From Nitrospirales bacterium (GTDB lineage: Bacteria; Nitrospirota; Nitrospiria; Nitrospirales; UBA8639), in assembly GCA_965203295.1 (NCBI GenBank), contig CBDBCZ010000017.1, positions 2,176,001 to 2,240,000 of the forward strand: a stretch of DNA of 64,000 bases. Direction: 5' to 3'. Below the pieces are notes generated by a model. That model searched no databases and had not been told where the DNA came from. It worked only from the letters and a program-made list of their open reading frames with translations. The position numbers and the translations under genes are program-made. This document shows, one piece after another, positions 9,778 through 22,468 of this stretch. Each line of letters opens with the position of its first letter. Within the stretch, counting starts at the first letter, position 1.

Positions 9778-12700
9778 TATGCCAATACTGTTTGACAACA
9801 TTGGCACACGATCCAAAAGTGCCACTCCCCAGTGTGTGGATGATAACCGTCACAGTGAGCTAATATTAGCTCCATTTACTTGCCTCTCCCGAGCAGTTCA
9901 CGAGATAATGATTATACAATGAATAACATTGCTACATAAACTTTTGTGAATAGCCTGATCATGTTCCAAGGCATTGTAGACGGAGAATACACCTCAGCAA
10001 ATGGGTTTACAAGTCCTTGGGTCCTTGTAGTGTTTTCTGTCCTAGCATTTAGAATCATGCAGGCTTGTTTCCCAAGAACTCCAAGGCAGACTTCTTGTGT
10101 GCACACATGCCTATTTCCCATAATCAGTCAGTGTGGCGCCAATAATAGGAAAGTGCCGATACTTTGTCACTTACAATTACATTACATACACATTTCATAG
10201 ACAGTTCATGGGTAGTGAGTAAATGATCGTGCCCGGTAACAGCTTGCAGTGACATCACCTGATTACATTGGTTTCAAGTTCCTCCCATGAGCAAATTCTA
10301 CCATCACATCCTACATCTACATAGCCATCTACCTCTTCTCTCACCCAATGAATAAGCCATTTGAAAAAAAATAAAAAACATGCAGGGATGGAATCTCCAA
10401 AGAGACAAAACAGCACCACAATGCTTTACAAACGCCATCCCCACATCTACTCCATGCTAATGAGTTTACTTTCTAAGGGACTGAGTTGTGCCTTTTGGCT
10501 CTCCAAAAATTGTGTGCATTATTTCATGCACTTTTTCCTGGTGCATCAGGATCCCAAATTTCTGCTGCAGCTTGCTCCTTATAAACCCAGTCACTGAGAC
10601 AACACTTGTGGGTCTAGCAGCTACTAATGAATTCATAGGACATACTCAGCAACGTTCCAGACTACGCCTGATCGTGCTCGTGATGAACCCTCAACCACAT
10701 AGCTCTCAGCTGACTCCTCTCTACACTACACTGCCAGTCGATGTGAGGCAGGATCATCAACTTTTAGGCAATATCAGAAGCTGTTTGCTCCTTCCGCCTA
10801 TCTAGCAGGGACACATATAGCACTAGTGTCATACATGATTGACAGATACACCCGTACCACTAGTTGCTGCAGGAGCAAGCCTTTTTAAAGGACTGTTAGT
10901 AGCTACCCACCTAACCTGCCTCCATCCAACACTCAGCTACAAAAGTGGTGATGACTGTGAAAGTGTATCCACTAAGGGTTGAGCTAGTACAGTGCACTTA
11001 CGGCTAGGCTTCGGTCTTAGCTTTCCTGTTTTGCTTTGCAGTTGTTTGCAGTCGCTGTTTCTGCAGTTGTTTGCAGTTTCTCCTTTGAGTTACTGCCTCC
11101 ACATGGCTCAGGCAGGAATCAGTCAGCTACACTAGCTATAGTGGAGATTTTTAATGCAAAGTTGAGGATTGAACGTGGAGCTGCCTCTACATGTACGTGG
11201 TTCAGTCAGTAGCACTATTGCTGGCCTTGGCATATGCAAAATGTTTTATACAAGTCACTAGAGGGGACACTTCTTTTCATTTCTATCTGTAAAGAGCGAG
11301 CGAGCGAGTTCAACAAGCCCAAATAGTTGCGCGAGCAAAGCGAGCACAACTACTAGTACATGTAAACCAGAGTTAAGGCTACAAGATAGCAGTCCATTTG
11401 TAAAGTGAGAGAGTGTATTCCTGCTAGCATGTACAATGACATGTAGCCTGAGGAATGCTGCCAACTCCCAGACAACAACTCACTGCTACTCACAACTTGC
11501 AGGCTTATAATGTGGCTACTGAGACCTTGGTTACCAAAGGCCCACCCTGGTGACCCCTTCTACCAAGACACTAACCATAGCAGTTCCAGTTCAGCATGAT
11601 CTCAGGTGCCCTCCAGTAGCATGATATGCTGCGACGTATCTAGACAGTCATGATCTCGGCTGACGCTCGAGCCAGGACAAACTTGAGGATTTCAATCTCA
11701 TTCAGTTACTCTGGTGTTATTGAGCTTCAGAGCCTGAGGTTGGAAAAAGGTTGGCATGGCAATGTAAGCTTCAGAACGTATTTCTCCAACTTGTGAGGGA
11801 AATCAAGGCTAGTAGTGGACAGCATGTGGTGTGTGGGGGGTTGAAAAATGTCCAAAGATGTAGTAATCTGTAAAAGAATTTCGGTACCATGATTGTTTTT
11901 TTTTTTTATGGATTCCATCCCTACATGTTCTTTAAGTGTTTTTCCTTTAACCTAGCTGTTTCTGTCCTTTATCAATGGAAAGAAGAGGATGGATGGTTGT
12001 GCAAATGGTATTATAAGGTAATTGTGATTATTATGCTCTGGAGTTATGCATCAGTGAACTCTGTCAATTTCCTATAGAGAACGTCGAACACACACACAGC
12101 AATCTCAATTTGCATCATCACAACAGGGGGCTCACACACGCTTGCCCCTAAAATTTTCAGCCTTCAATTACGGAGAAAATCGTTCGCCAAGTCTTGTGGT
12201 CTTGTTAAATGGGCTGGTTAGCAAGTACTTTCCTATTTTGTTCACATTCAATTCTCAGTTTCTACGAAACTTAACTAGTCCATACAATCACCTGTGCTAA
12301 TAATACTGTAGTTTTCTCATACTCGCACCACAATGCCCTGTATTCACGTAGTGCATGCTACCACAACACTGACTATTAGCTATCAGAGTCACGGGATGGT
12401 CAAAATTAGCCACAGTGTTGGTGGATTTGTAGTACCGCTACCAAGGGAGGCTTGAGGTCTTGTAGTCAGTATAAAGCTATGAGCACTCGAAGGTAGCTGA
12501 TTAAGAGCAATGTGGCATTTTTATCACAGCATGCAGTATCAAAGGAGTTCAGGAATCTATCCATGCAATGTACTGGCGACCTCATTCCCCGGCCTTCCCC
12601 CCTGGGCTGCAAGACAAAAGCTAGGGCAGGAAGGAGTGGACCCGAGACTATAGGACCTTCCTTAAAAATGCAGCTCTTGTTCAAAACACTTTGTAGGTGG

Positions 12701-15273
12701 ATGCTACAATTAAGGTGCATGAATACTTTATATTTGAGCCTGGCGTAATTCCACTTGCAGCTGCTTTCCCCCTGATGGTAGAGTTGTTAATGTAGCTTGT
12801 AACTGTAGTTACCCGCACGCGTATGCAAGTAGGTTAATTCAGTAATTGCTCCTGTTCATCTGTTTGTCGTCAGTCCAGAGAGAAGAAAGAGAATTAAAGG
12901 ATTTAATACCTTAATAAGCAGCATAACAAACAAGAGCAAAAAAAAACAGCCATAATGTACGCGTACCTGATCAAAGCAGTTTTTTAAGCCAGTATTTTCT
13001 ATTCTTCATAACACTGGCCCTACCTCTTCACGATCACAGAAATGAGAAACTTAGAACTTTACAATTGGAGAGGCATGTATACTTGCTATTTATTTATTCG
13101 TCGTAATACGTGGCTCCACCTTTTACGAGCACTTGTTTTTTTTTCTCGATAGGTGCTCATAGTCCATTTTAGTGATCCTCAACATGATAGTAACACACAG
13201 GGTAAGTACTTACTGTCTATATCACTTTAAGGTATTATGGCATTGGAGATTGTGTACAACAGTACTGTTCAGATCTGACAAATTCGAGGTCATCATGCGT
13301 TCACGAGATAAAACATGGTTTGCAGTTTAGTAATCCAGCAAAGGAAGTCAGCAAAAACTGTTGGTGTCCACATTGATAGCATGCTCATGCATGCATTCAA
13401 TATACATTAGAGCCCCCAGCAGGCCAACACTCATTGCAATCATATCAGTGAGGTGGCCAGAACCCCAATCATAGTGAACACAAAACAGCGGGGCAACTCA
13501 CTACCCTAACCACATGCAGCCAAAATGCCACCAGAAGCCCCTTCCAATTATCGAACACAGGACCTTCCTAACCTAGCTCACAATAGATACAATTACATGC
13601 TGAGCACTGTCCTACCTCCTTGTCTCCACTGCCAATGCCGCATGGCTTTCAACGCTTTATGGGCAGCTGAAATGGTGGTAGCAGATACTACCACTAAAAG
13701 TAGACCATTGGGCAAAGATAATGCTGACTACACGCGTGGAACATATCAGTACAGTGCCATCACAGCACACTGAGACTAGCTTAGTACATGCCGAATGCTG
13801 ATGATTTTAAATTTTCACAAACAATATTTTCGTGTACAGTTACAAAGCTGTGAAATTTACGAAACTACTCTCCCTCAAAGAAATCCCACTATACGGTAGG
13901 TAATATCTATTACAGACAGCTAGACTTCAAGACAGCAGTCATAGTTTTGTTCCCAGTCTCCACTGCTAGCTCTATTTTAGTATGTTGGAAAGTAAGTAGC
14001 ACATTATATGAAAATAAAGGTAGTGGAGCCTGGGCTGGGAGTGCTTGCACTCTCATATGGACGCAGGTCTAGTATTTGCGGAGACGCACAGTGGGAATGC
14101 GCAGCCTCATTCCCAGGCCCAGGCCCAGGCCATATTTGGCTAGTAATACATAAAACTCATCACAGTGCCTGGTGAGTAAAGTCACACGCACAGGACAAAG
14201 AGAAAGGAAGTAGAAAGGTATATAGACTGGGGGTGAGCACAGCTGCAATTCTCAGACGAGTGAAGGTAGCAAATCAGTGGCTAATCTTCATAGCCCGTTT
14301 GTGTCACCGACTTATTGCTGAAACAGGGTCTCTGGTAGAATGTAGAGAAACACAGCCATCGTTTGATTAGTTCCTACACATAGAGATACCAGGCGGTACT
14401 AGTGAACCAGGACCAGGAAAAAGTTTGGATAGTGTAAGGTTAGGGTACAGAGCTGTTTCAGAGGCATTTCCAGAACTGTGTGATGAGATGTTCTACATAA
14501 CCCACCTAACACCTGCTAGAATCGGATAGCCCCCCCCCCCCCCACCTCATATGTTAGTTCCGTACATAAATCCCATACAAGTGGGCTTCCAAAAATTCGC
14601 TATTGCTGGTAGACAGATAGAAGTTTAACTTTGCTCTCTGGTCTGGGAGAAGCTACTTTTATAGCCCCACTGTGAGCAAGTCTCTTGTGGGTTTGGTACT
14701 AGTAATGATATTCATTCACCCAGAATGTAATTATGATCACAGTAACAGTTACAGCTCACTCTCAGGGCATCAGGTGGAGCCTGAGTGGCCAGACACAGTG
14801 GCCCAGCAGGGGAGCCGGCCAGTCTGGCAGGACACTGGACCAATGTTCACGCTGAGTTTACATCATGGCTTCCGCTGCTGAGCGTGCTGGTAGGACTCAA
14901 CGACAGCAAAGATCCATCCATCCAATTGCAAGAGCTTCGCATTTCGAAATCGGTGACAAAAAGTTAGTCTGGCCCTTAAGACTACGGTAGGGTGCTAATC
15001 CTTCATCAATCGAGCCCTTGTCTAGGCTCCACCCTTTATTGAACGGGAGGGGATGAAACGATTTCTATGCACATAAGCCAAGTGACACTGTCCACACTAC
15101 TCTATGGTATACAAACCACATAGGATTGTGGGACTGGTATTTCACATCTGGAGATTACTTTTGGAAGTTTGAGCTAAAGGCTCTGATACTGTGCAGCATG
15201 TGGGCGGTACTGATTCGTAAAGACTCCATGAGAGCCATTCCTAATCCCTTAAAAAGCGTAATAACAAGTCTGG

Positions 15274-15724
15274 CATTTCATGTCTAAAAACCAGCCAGGC
15301 ATCTTTCCCGTACAATACACACAACTCAGCTCAGGCCCAAGCTAACTGCAGCTGTAGAACTACAAACTATACTACAATAGGGATTCTGCAGAAACTGACA
15401 AGCAATCGAACGCAGTACAGCAAAAGTGCTGACTCAGTAGTTTCGTTGTGTACTTCCAGTTAGTAGCTACATGCCACGAAAACAGGATCTTTATGGCTGC
15501 CTACCAAGTTTTTGCCATCTAGGCAACACACAACCACCTTTATTTGCTGTAGCTTGGCCTGCAATCCTCTAAAAGTTGCTATATAATGCAGTTGCATAGA
15601 AATGTATGACGTAACATATTGCACACGTGATAAGTGTGGACGCACAAACAGACAAACCAACACGGAAAACGTAAAGCAATCTTGGGACCAGCTGTTTGCG
15701 GGCTGCGTGCACTCCGGCTGGTAA
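15274..15724 (-). mobile_element. Interspersed repeat, Helentron-associated (HINE/DINE-1-like) candidate; copy 1 of 3
   Basis: Homologous to 56902-57299 and 63745-64000 (inverted); ACCAGC...GCTGGT subterminal inverted repeat followed by a GTTT/GTCT microsatellite. Confidence 0.6.
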
Positions 15725-17139
15725 AAAATTTATAAGCTTTGGGTGGGGAGGGAGGGAGAATAACACTTCAGCCGAACTAATGCTAAAGTGCTTCCGGTGC
15801 CCCTGCCCAGATGTAGAGAGTGCAGTATAATTGAATGAAAGCATAATCAAAATTAATACCTTAGGAGCTAAGCTTTCTTAGTTACAGAGCTTCACTTAAA
15901 GTATTATGCTAATTAAAAAGCTTAATACGTATCCCATAGTGTGCATGCACATTATGTACCACCAAGTGGGGGTATCAAAGGAACGACCATATGCTCATAT
16001 TCAGTGAGATTGTCATGTGTTGTACAATTTCAGCAATATTGAATGCTGCACTGCCCAAAAAAGTATTTTACAAAGCCAAAGTAGAGAATTTACAAAGCAG
16101 AAGTAAATAGTACACAAAGCTTAATTAATTAAACGGTGTAATGGGCTCAGTTTGGCAGTAAAAAAACAAAGCTATCAAAACTACTACATACCCAGAAGTA
16201 TTCCAGCAAGGCTTGAAGGGCTACTTAGCAGTCAAATTAGCCTGAGACTAGCACTTTGGCACAAAACGATGGGATGGCAATGTGGCTACATATATACACA
16301 CAGAGATACAATGAAACTAGGCATAGACGCTGAGATGAAGAGTAGTTTACTACATCGATTTGCGAGCAAGTAAATGCAACATATCCTTCATAAGTTACGT
16401 ATGTGAAGCAGAGTGAGGTCAGTACTTGGGCTCAGGATCTCAGACAGCATTCGGTACACCAACCACGCTACATACATGTACACACTTGTGCTCCAAATAT
16501 CTGACAACTGCTATGCACATGGTTTATGGGAGTATACCCCTCGAGCCTGCGGCCCTCGCGGCGTATTCCCAAAAATCCTCCTCCACAGCAGGTGGTATAT
16601 CACTGATATACACCTCCTGAACATGATTTCTTGTAATCTTTGGAGCCAACAAAGCCTTCTCATTAGGGTGCAGTAGGCCGCTTTTCACAGGCCTCCAACA
16701 ATTTTCTGGCAGTTGTCCATGCCCTGGAGAAGTTCCTCATTCCCACAATACAACTCTCGTGCTTCATACAAGTCTCACACCGCAACACAGCCACGAGCGT
16801 TTTGGCCACTTATATCGGTCTACTTCAAACCACATCGGGTAATAATCTAGCCAATGTGATCTACGAGATTTAGCATCCTTTGAGACCTTATTAGTGTCCT
16901 CCACTAAACTCCAGAAAGTAGATTGACTTATGAAACCAGTTAGCTGGTATCAAACCCACAAGTGCCTTGCTTACTGTGAGCAAGGCACTTGTGGGTTTAA
17001 TACAAATACATACATTAATTCACCCAGAATGCAATTACTATGGTTACAGCTCACTCTCAGTGCACCAGATGTAGAAAGTGTATGCTGGCCCAATATCTTA
17101 AGAAGATAGGTTAGTTAGTACACACCTAGCCCGACATAA

Positions 17140-17677
17140 TACTGTATAGAGCGTAAATTTAGTGGGTCATTAATTTCACGAATTTCGCGAATTTGGAACG
17201 ATTCGCAAAAATTATTTCAACAAAATTTTGTATACTTCCGCTAGTATGCATAGATAGATAGTAGAGTGCATGTGCCTATGTTTTTGGTATTTCAAGAGCG
17301 TGGATGGGCAGTAGTATCCGGGGTCCAAGTTGCCAGAGCGCTCTCCAAACAAGTACCCTCGTCTGCGATTTCTGCGGCAAACAGCGAAGTCGCTGTACTT
17401 CAGCTGTCTGCCTGCGCGAAGGTCAGGAGAGCATACCTAAAAATGAGCGCGAAGAAGGCTGAAATTGGAAAATGAGCGGCGGAGCGTGGAGTGCTAGCCA
17501 CCATTCACTACTTAAGCTTCCTTTAAATCTGTGCACATAGTAACTCAGGCACGCTCTGCCTATAAATTTATTAGTACGTAGGTGTGGCGAACGAACTCGT
17601 GAAATTATTTTAACGAAATGTTCAAAAACGGCTATTCGCGAATTTTTAGACCCACCAAATTTAATTGCTATACAGTA
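17140..17677 (+). mobile_element. MITE, same family as 8911-9314, longer copy
   Basis: TACTGTATAG...CTATACAGTA ends; internal SAISAANSEV...YLKMSAKKAEIGK remnant. Confidence 0.8.
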
Positions 17678-18461
17678 GAGTATGACAAGAATTTGGCTAC
17701 CAATATTAATGTAAACTACCAAACTGTCATTTGTCTATATTGCTACACAATCTGAAAGCGTAAATTTAGGAAGATCCCCATTTTGTGGGTGGTATTGTCA
17801 TAGTGAGCTCTTACTGTCACCATTTGATGGGCCTTCCCCATGCAGTTTACAATAATTTACCAAGGATAGGATAGTATAGCGACTCAGCTTAAAATTGTAA
17901 TGTCAGAGCTGACATTGACCATTTCCACTGAACAGTAGCCAGGCGGGGCTGGAACACACCTCAGCCAAAAGGCTCTATGTATGGGCACCTAGCGCTCTGA
18001 AGTGAATATGGGTCTCTCCTATAAAGAAGGCATAATTAAACTAATTATAAGTTTCATAAGAAACAATGCCCCCCCTTCCGAGAAAAGTAAAGCAAGGCCC
18101 CGGCAGCCAGACAACCAGTACACGCTGTGTGATGGGTGGGGTATGTGTTGCTCCAGCAGGCTGTTGCTGGGTCCTCAGGGAGGAGGAGGAGGAGGAGGGG
18201 CCACTGACCCCTCAGACCTCTCCTGTCAGTGATTCAGGACAGCTGCAGTCAGCAGAGCTATAGAGTAGAACTCCTCCAAATCAGGAGTCCTGGGCTCGGA
18301 CAGGACTGATGTACTTATACTGCTAGTGCTAGGGGATGTTTCGGTATCTCAGCAAGTCACAATAGCCTGCAGATGATCAATATAGTCACTGATACATCAC
18401 GGGTACTGACACCACTGGCTAATATCTACCAAGAGGGTGTACTTTGAGTACCAAACTGAGT

Positions 18462-18610
18462 AATGAGGGTTAATTGTGGCAATTAACCCAAGTTAATAGG
18501 TCATGGTGCTCGTGCATATCACGTGGCTACAAGGTAGCCATCTGCGCATGCGCACAGCAAGAGCTCGTGCAGCCAGGTCGAGCCAGCTACCGGGTGTGTA
18601 TTCGCAGTTC
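18462..18610 (+). repeat. E2 repeat A1 (149 bp; A2 at 23797-23945)
   Basis: Direct repeat at offset 5335; contains hairpin 18467-18489 and TGCGCATGCGCA 18543-18554. Confidence 0.95.
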
Positions 18611-18702
18611 GAGCCAGCTACCGGGTGTGTATTCGCAGTTCGAGCCAGCTACCGGGTGTGTATTCGCAGTTTGAGCCAGCTACCGGGTGTGTATTCGCAG
18701 TT
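18579..18702 (+). repeat. 31-bp tandem repeat x4 (CGAGCCAGCTACCGGGTGTGTATTCGCAGTT)
   Basis: Units start at 18579, 18610, 18641, 18672; one C>T in the last unit. Confidence 0.95.
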
Positions 18703-18704
18703 CG

Positions 18705-18927
18705 ATGGCGTCTCAGCCTCACGAAGGTCAGGGCGAGGGTGATGGCACAGCCAACCCTCGGGACAGCCACGAGGATCCTCGCACTGAGGTGGTGCCGGAA
18801 GTCTCCACAGCGGGTCGGAGCATTCCCCAAGTCCCGGTACAGGTGGTCCGCCTGGAGGATCTCCAGAAAACAGTGGACACGCTAGTGGCGAAGGCTATAG
18901 ACAAAGGGTCACCTTCGCCCGCTGCCG
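18705..18927 (+). CDS. E2 predicted leader exon (MASQPH...SPAA, 74 codons + 1 nt)
   Basis: ATG at 18705; ends GCC G|GTGAGT (consensus donor, phase 1). Confidence 0.72.
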
Positions 18928-19245
18928 GTGAGTGCCTAGTATTATCGCAATCGGCACACGCTTGATGCGGTGCTTAGGGTACCTAATACTCTTTCTCTGT
19001 GTGTGATTCAATCACCACGGATGACGGGTTACCGTGTTGGTACCCGGTAATACCTGGGATGCCGTGATATTGCTATTATTTGCCCGTTTGGGGGGGTTGA
19101 CTTGGGAGACCACCCGTAAAGTAGTGATTCAAGGAGCCTCATACTTGGCTGTGCCGGGTCACTGCTCGTGATTCGGAAACTCAGTAACGCTGAGTTAAAG
19201 GGGGGGAAAGGAGTGTGGTTTTATTATGGGTGCTTGTTACCGTAG

Positions 19246-20312
19246 GTCTGGGCTCCATGCCGCCGAGGTCGGCCCTCGTAGGGCTTCCGACTGTCGAGGA
19301 AGGTGCATTACCTCGACCCCAGCAGACAGGGACGGTCCCTGATACCGGTTCGAGCAGCCCGCCGGAGGGTGCAGTGGCATCGGCCACGCTGGCGACGACT
19401 CTACGCGTCACCCCGTCGGGGGATCAGCTAACGGGAAGCGGGCCACCGGTGATTCCGTGGAGTGCATCGGGCACAGGTGCAGTGGCGAACCTCCTACCGC
19501 AGGCTGCTTCAGATTTGCCACCCACTCTGCCGGGGGTGTACGTGGGAGATGGCCGGCCTCCAGTCCCCCAGAAGTTGGCGGACCGTATTTTGCGCTGGGA
19601 GTTTATTGATATGGGGGAGCTCCTACCGGAGTTTTGGTCGTTGGCAAAGGAGGAGGAGTCGTCCGGAAGGAGGCCGATTACATCCCGACGTGCCCGAAAG
19701 GTGACGGATATTTTCACATGGGTCCAGTGTTTTGGGTCCTATGTCAGTGTTTTGGGCCCCCACTTCCCCAAGGTCATTCCAGAACTTATGGCGTATATGG
19801 CCACCATTGTGCGGGTTAGCCAGGACTATACGGGACTGGCGTGGGTCCGGTACGATGCAGCGTACAGGCGCCAAGCAGCACTGACCGGGAATCGAGGATG
19901 GTCGCGGATAAACTCGACGATGTACACGATGTGTTTCACCGGAAATGCGCGAACAACGGAGAGGTGTGAGCTCTGCTTCGGCTCTACCCATGCATCGAAG
20001 GATTGTGCCCTTCGCGGTGACCCAGATCCGGAACTGCGGGTTCGGGTCAAGGCGGTGGAGGCAGCCGTGGTCGCCATGTCGCCGAGGCAGGTGAAACAGG
20101 GCGAGCTGGGTCAATATCAACCTTCGGGACAGATTTGCCGTCTGTGGAACAAGAATAGTTGCACGTTTCGTCGGTGCCGCCATGCCCATATCTGCAGCAA
20201 CTGCCGGGGAAGCCACTCGGTCCTGTCATGTCCTACCGCCGGGCAGCCGGGGAACCATGAGGCGTCTGTATTGGCCAATCGTCGGTTCAGGGGGACGGCA
20301 AGCCCATACTAA
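19246..20312 (+). CDS. E2 gag-like protein (ORF track 19215-20312)
   Basis: WEFIDMGELLP, WVRYDAAYR, CELCFGSTHASKDC knuckle, C-terminal CRLWN...C...C...H-CSNC...H...C. Confidence 0.88.
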
Positions 20313-20720
20313 GGGCCCGTGCAGCTAGTGGTGCTGTTGGTGAACCTGTTAGACTTTGTTGTGTTCATGAGGTCGGCATTACCTATTGTAGTAGGAGCCT
20401 CAGTGCATTCATTGCAACCTGATTTATACTTGTAGCTCGGGCAGGCCCCACATTTGATCAAGACTGTTCTCATCATATAGCTACTCATGATTTTTCAGTG
20501 ATGTTGTGGAACAGTGGTTACAATTATTATTACAATGTTGGAGTGAAGTGGTGTGTCCAGTTGCATGGGTTTCTGATAGAGAGGTGTTTGACCACAGGCT
20601 GAGCCACTGCATGCATCAGGGGCTTGCCTGGGTTGAGGGTCAGTGGATGCCCTGGTGGGGGTCAGTTAAGTTTGGAGCTTTCAAAGGGACGTTATAGTGA
20701 CAGTTAACTCGTTCTTGCAG

Positions 20721-22468
20721 GCCCCTATCAGTACATGGATGATCTACTGCAGTTTGAGGAATGTCGGTCTGCCACCCCTAGACACCTGCCTCTTCAGATG
20801 GAGTTCGTGACCACCCCACTCAACTGGAGGGAGTGGGACAGTAGCCTAGCCTCTCACCCAGACCAGCGGTTTCGAGCATATGTGGTTAACGGAATTCGGT
20901 TTGGATTTCGGATCGGCTTCGATTATAATATCTCCTGCGGGCGGACGACTCGAAATATGGCGTCTACCAGAGAGCACCCCCAAGTCATTAGGGACTATTT
21001 GGCCACAGAGTGTTCGGAGGGCCGGGTACTGGGTCCACTAGATCCCAGTCACTTTCCAATGGTTGCCTCCAGCCGGTTCGGGGTCATCCCTAAAGGGAGC
21101 ACGGGGAAATGGAGGCTGATTGTGGACTTGTCGTCACCGGAAGGTGCTAGTGTCAATGATGGCATTAATGAGGCCCTGTGTTCCCTATCGTACATTGGGG
21201 TGGACGATGCGGCGAAGGAAGTGTTGCGGCAAGGCCAGGGAGCCCTGCTGGCTAAAGTGGACGTGCAGAGTGCGTATCGGAACATTCCAATCCACCCCGA
21301 GGACAGGTGGTTGCTTGGAATGGTTTGGGAGGGGGGCCTGTACATTGACACAGCATTGCCATTTGGTCTTCGATCTGCACCGAAGATTTTCACGGCAGTG
21401 GCAGATGCAGCGGAATGGATCCTCAAGTCGGAAGGGGTCAAGTTCGTCCTCCATTACTTAGATGATTTCCTGATGATAGGGGCGCCGGGTTCACAGGAGT
21501 GTGCGTCGTCGTTGGCTGTGTTACTGAGGGTGTTTGCTCGCTTGGGGCTGCCTATTGCCGCACACAAGCTAGAGGGTCCAGTATCATGTTTGACTTTCCT
21601 GGGGTTTGAGCTAGATTCTGAGGCGATGGAGATTCGTCTTCCGCGGGCCAAGTTAGTAGAACTCCAGGGGGTTTTGGCGTCCTGGACTGGCCGCCGTTCG
21701 TGTTGTAAGAAGGAGCTGGAGTCCCTCGTTGGGAAGCTGGCTCACGCATGCAAAGTGGTCCGTCCTGGAAAGACATTCCTTCGTAGGATGTTCGAGCTCC
21801 TATCAGGGGTACGCCAGCCCCACCATCATATTCGTTTGAATGTGTCCTTTCGGTCGGACCTGATATGGTGGTCTACATTCATTGGTGCGTGGAATGGGGT
21901 GTCGTTACTACTTGACGTGGGCCCTGGAAGGGTTTCGCACCGGTTTGTAACTGACGCATCAGGCCAGTTTGGTTGTGGGGCCTTGTGGGGGTCGAAGTGG
22001 TTGCAGCTGCAGTGGACCCCACCTTCTCGGGCAGATAGTTTTAATTTGCCAGAGGCCAGCATTACGCTTCAGGAGCTGTTACCAGTGGTGTTAGCTTGTG
22101 CGGTGTAGGGTCCTGCCTGGAAGCATACACTAGTGGAGGTCTATTGTGACAATCAAGGGGCAGTGGCTGTCATTAACTCAGGGTACAGTAAGGTACCCCA
22201 GATGATGCACCTCCTTCGGTGCCTGTTCTTTATACGGGCGTTTTTCGGCTTCTCCCTGCGGGCCATCCATGTGCCGGGGTGTGAGAATGGACTGGCTGAT
22301 GCGATCTCTCGGGATAACCTGGCTTGTCTATTCGCCCAGATTCCAGAGGCCAGGAACTCCCGCTGCCACATCCCTCCACCCCTGTTGGAACTGCTGGTGG
22401 AGGGCCACCCGGATTGGACGTCAGTATCCTGGTCCCAACTGTTCAGGAGCTGTTTTCGTCTGGCTTAG
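20721..22468 (+). pseudogene. E2 RT-RNase H interrupted by an in-frame TAG at 22106-22108
   Basis: ORFs 20735-22108 and 22133-22468 are in one frame; YLDDF, TDAS, CDN, ADAISR; stop replaces the Trp of AVWG seen in E1. Confidence 0.9.

Larger units (their letters stand above)
1..15190 (+). repeat. Segmental duplication copy 1 (starts before the window; interrupted by E1; has extra 11437-14017)
   Basis: Co-linear high identity with 26945-33718; near-identical ORF-track peptides in both copies. Confidence 0.93.

Noticed and set aside
6900..17100. Short ORFs conserved between the duplicate copies
   Set aside because: Similarity is explained by recent duplication; frameshifting indels between copies and no recognisable domains
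18579..18702. CRISPR-like 31-bp repeats
   Set aside because: Head-to-tail units with no spacers, no cas genes, inside a eukaryotic retroelement
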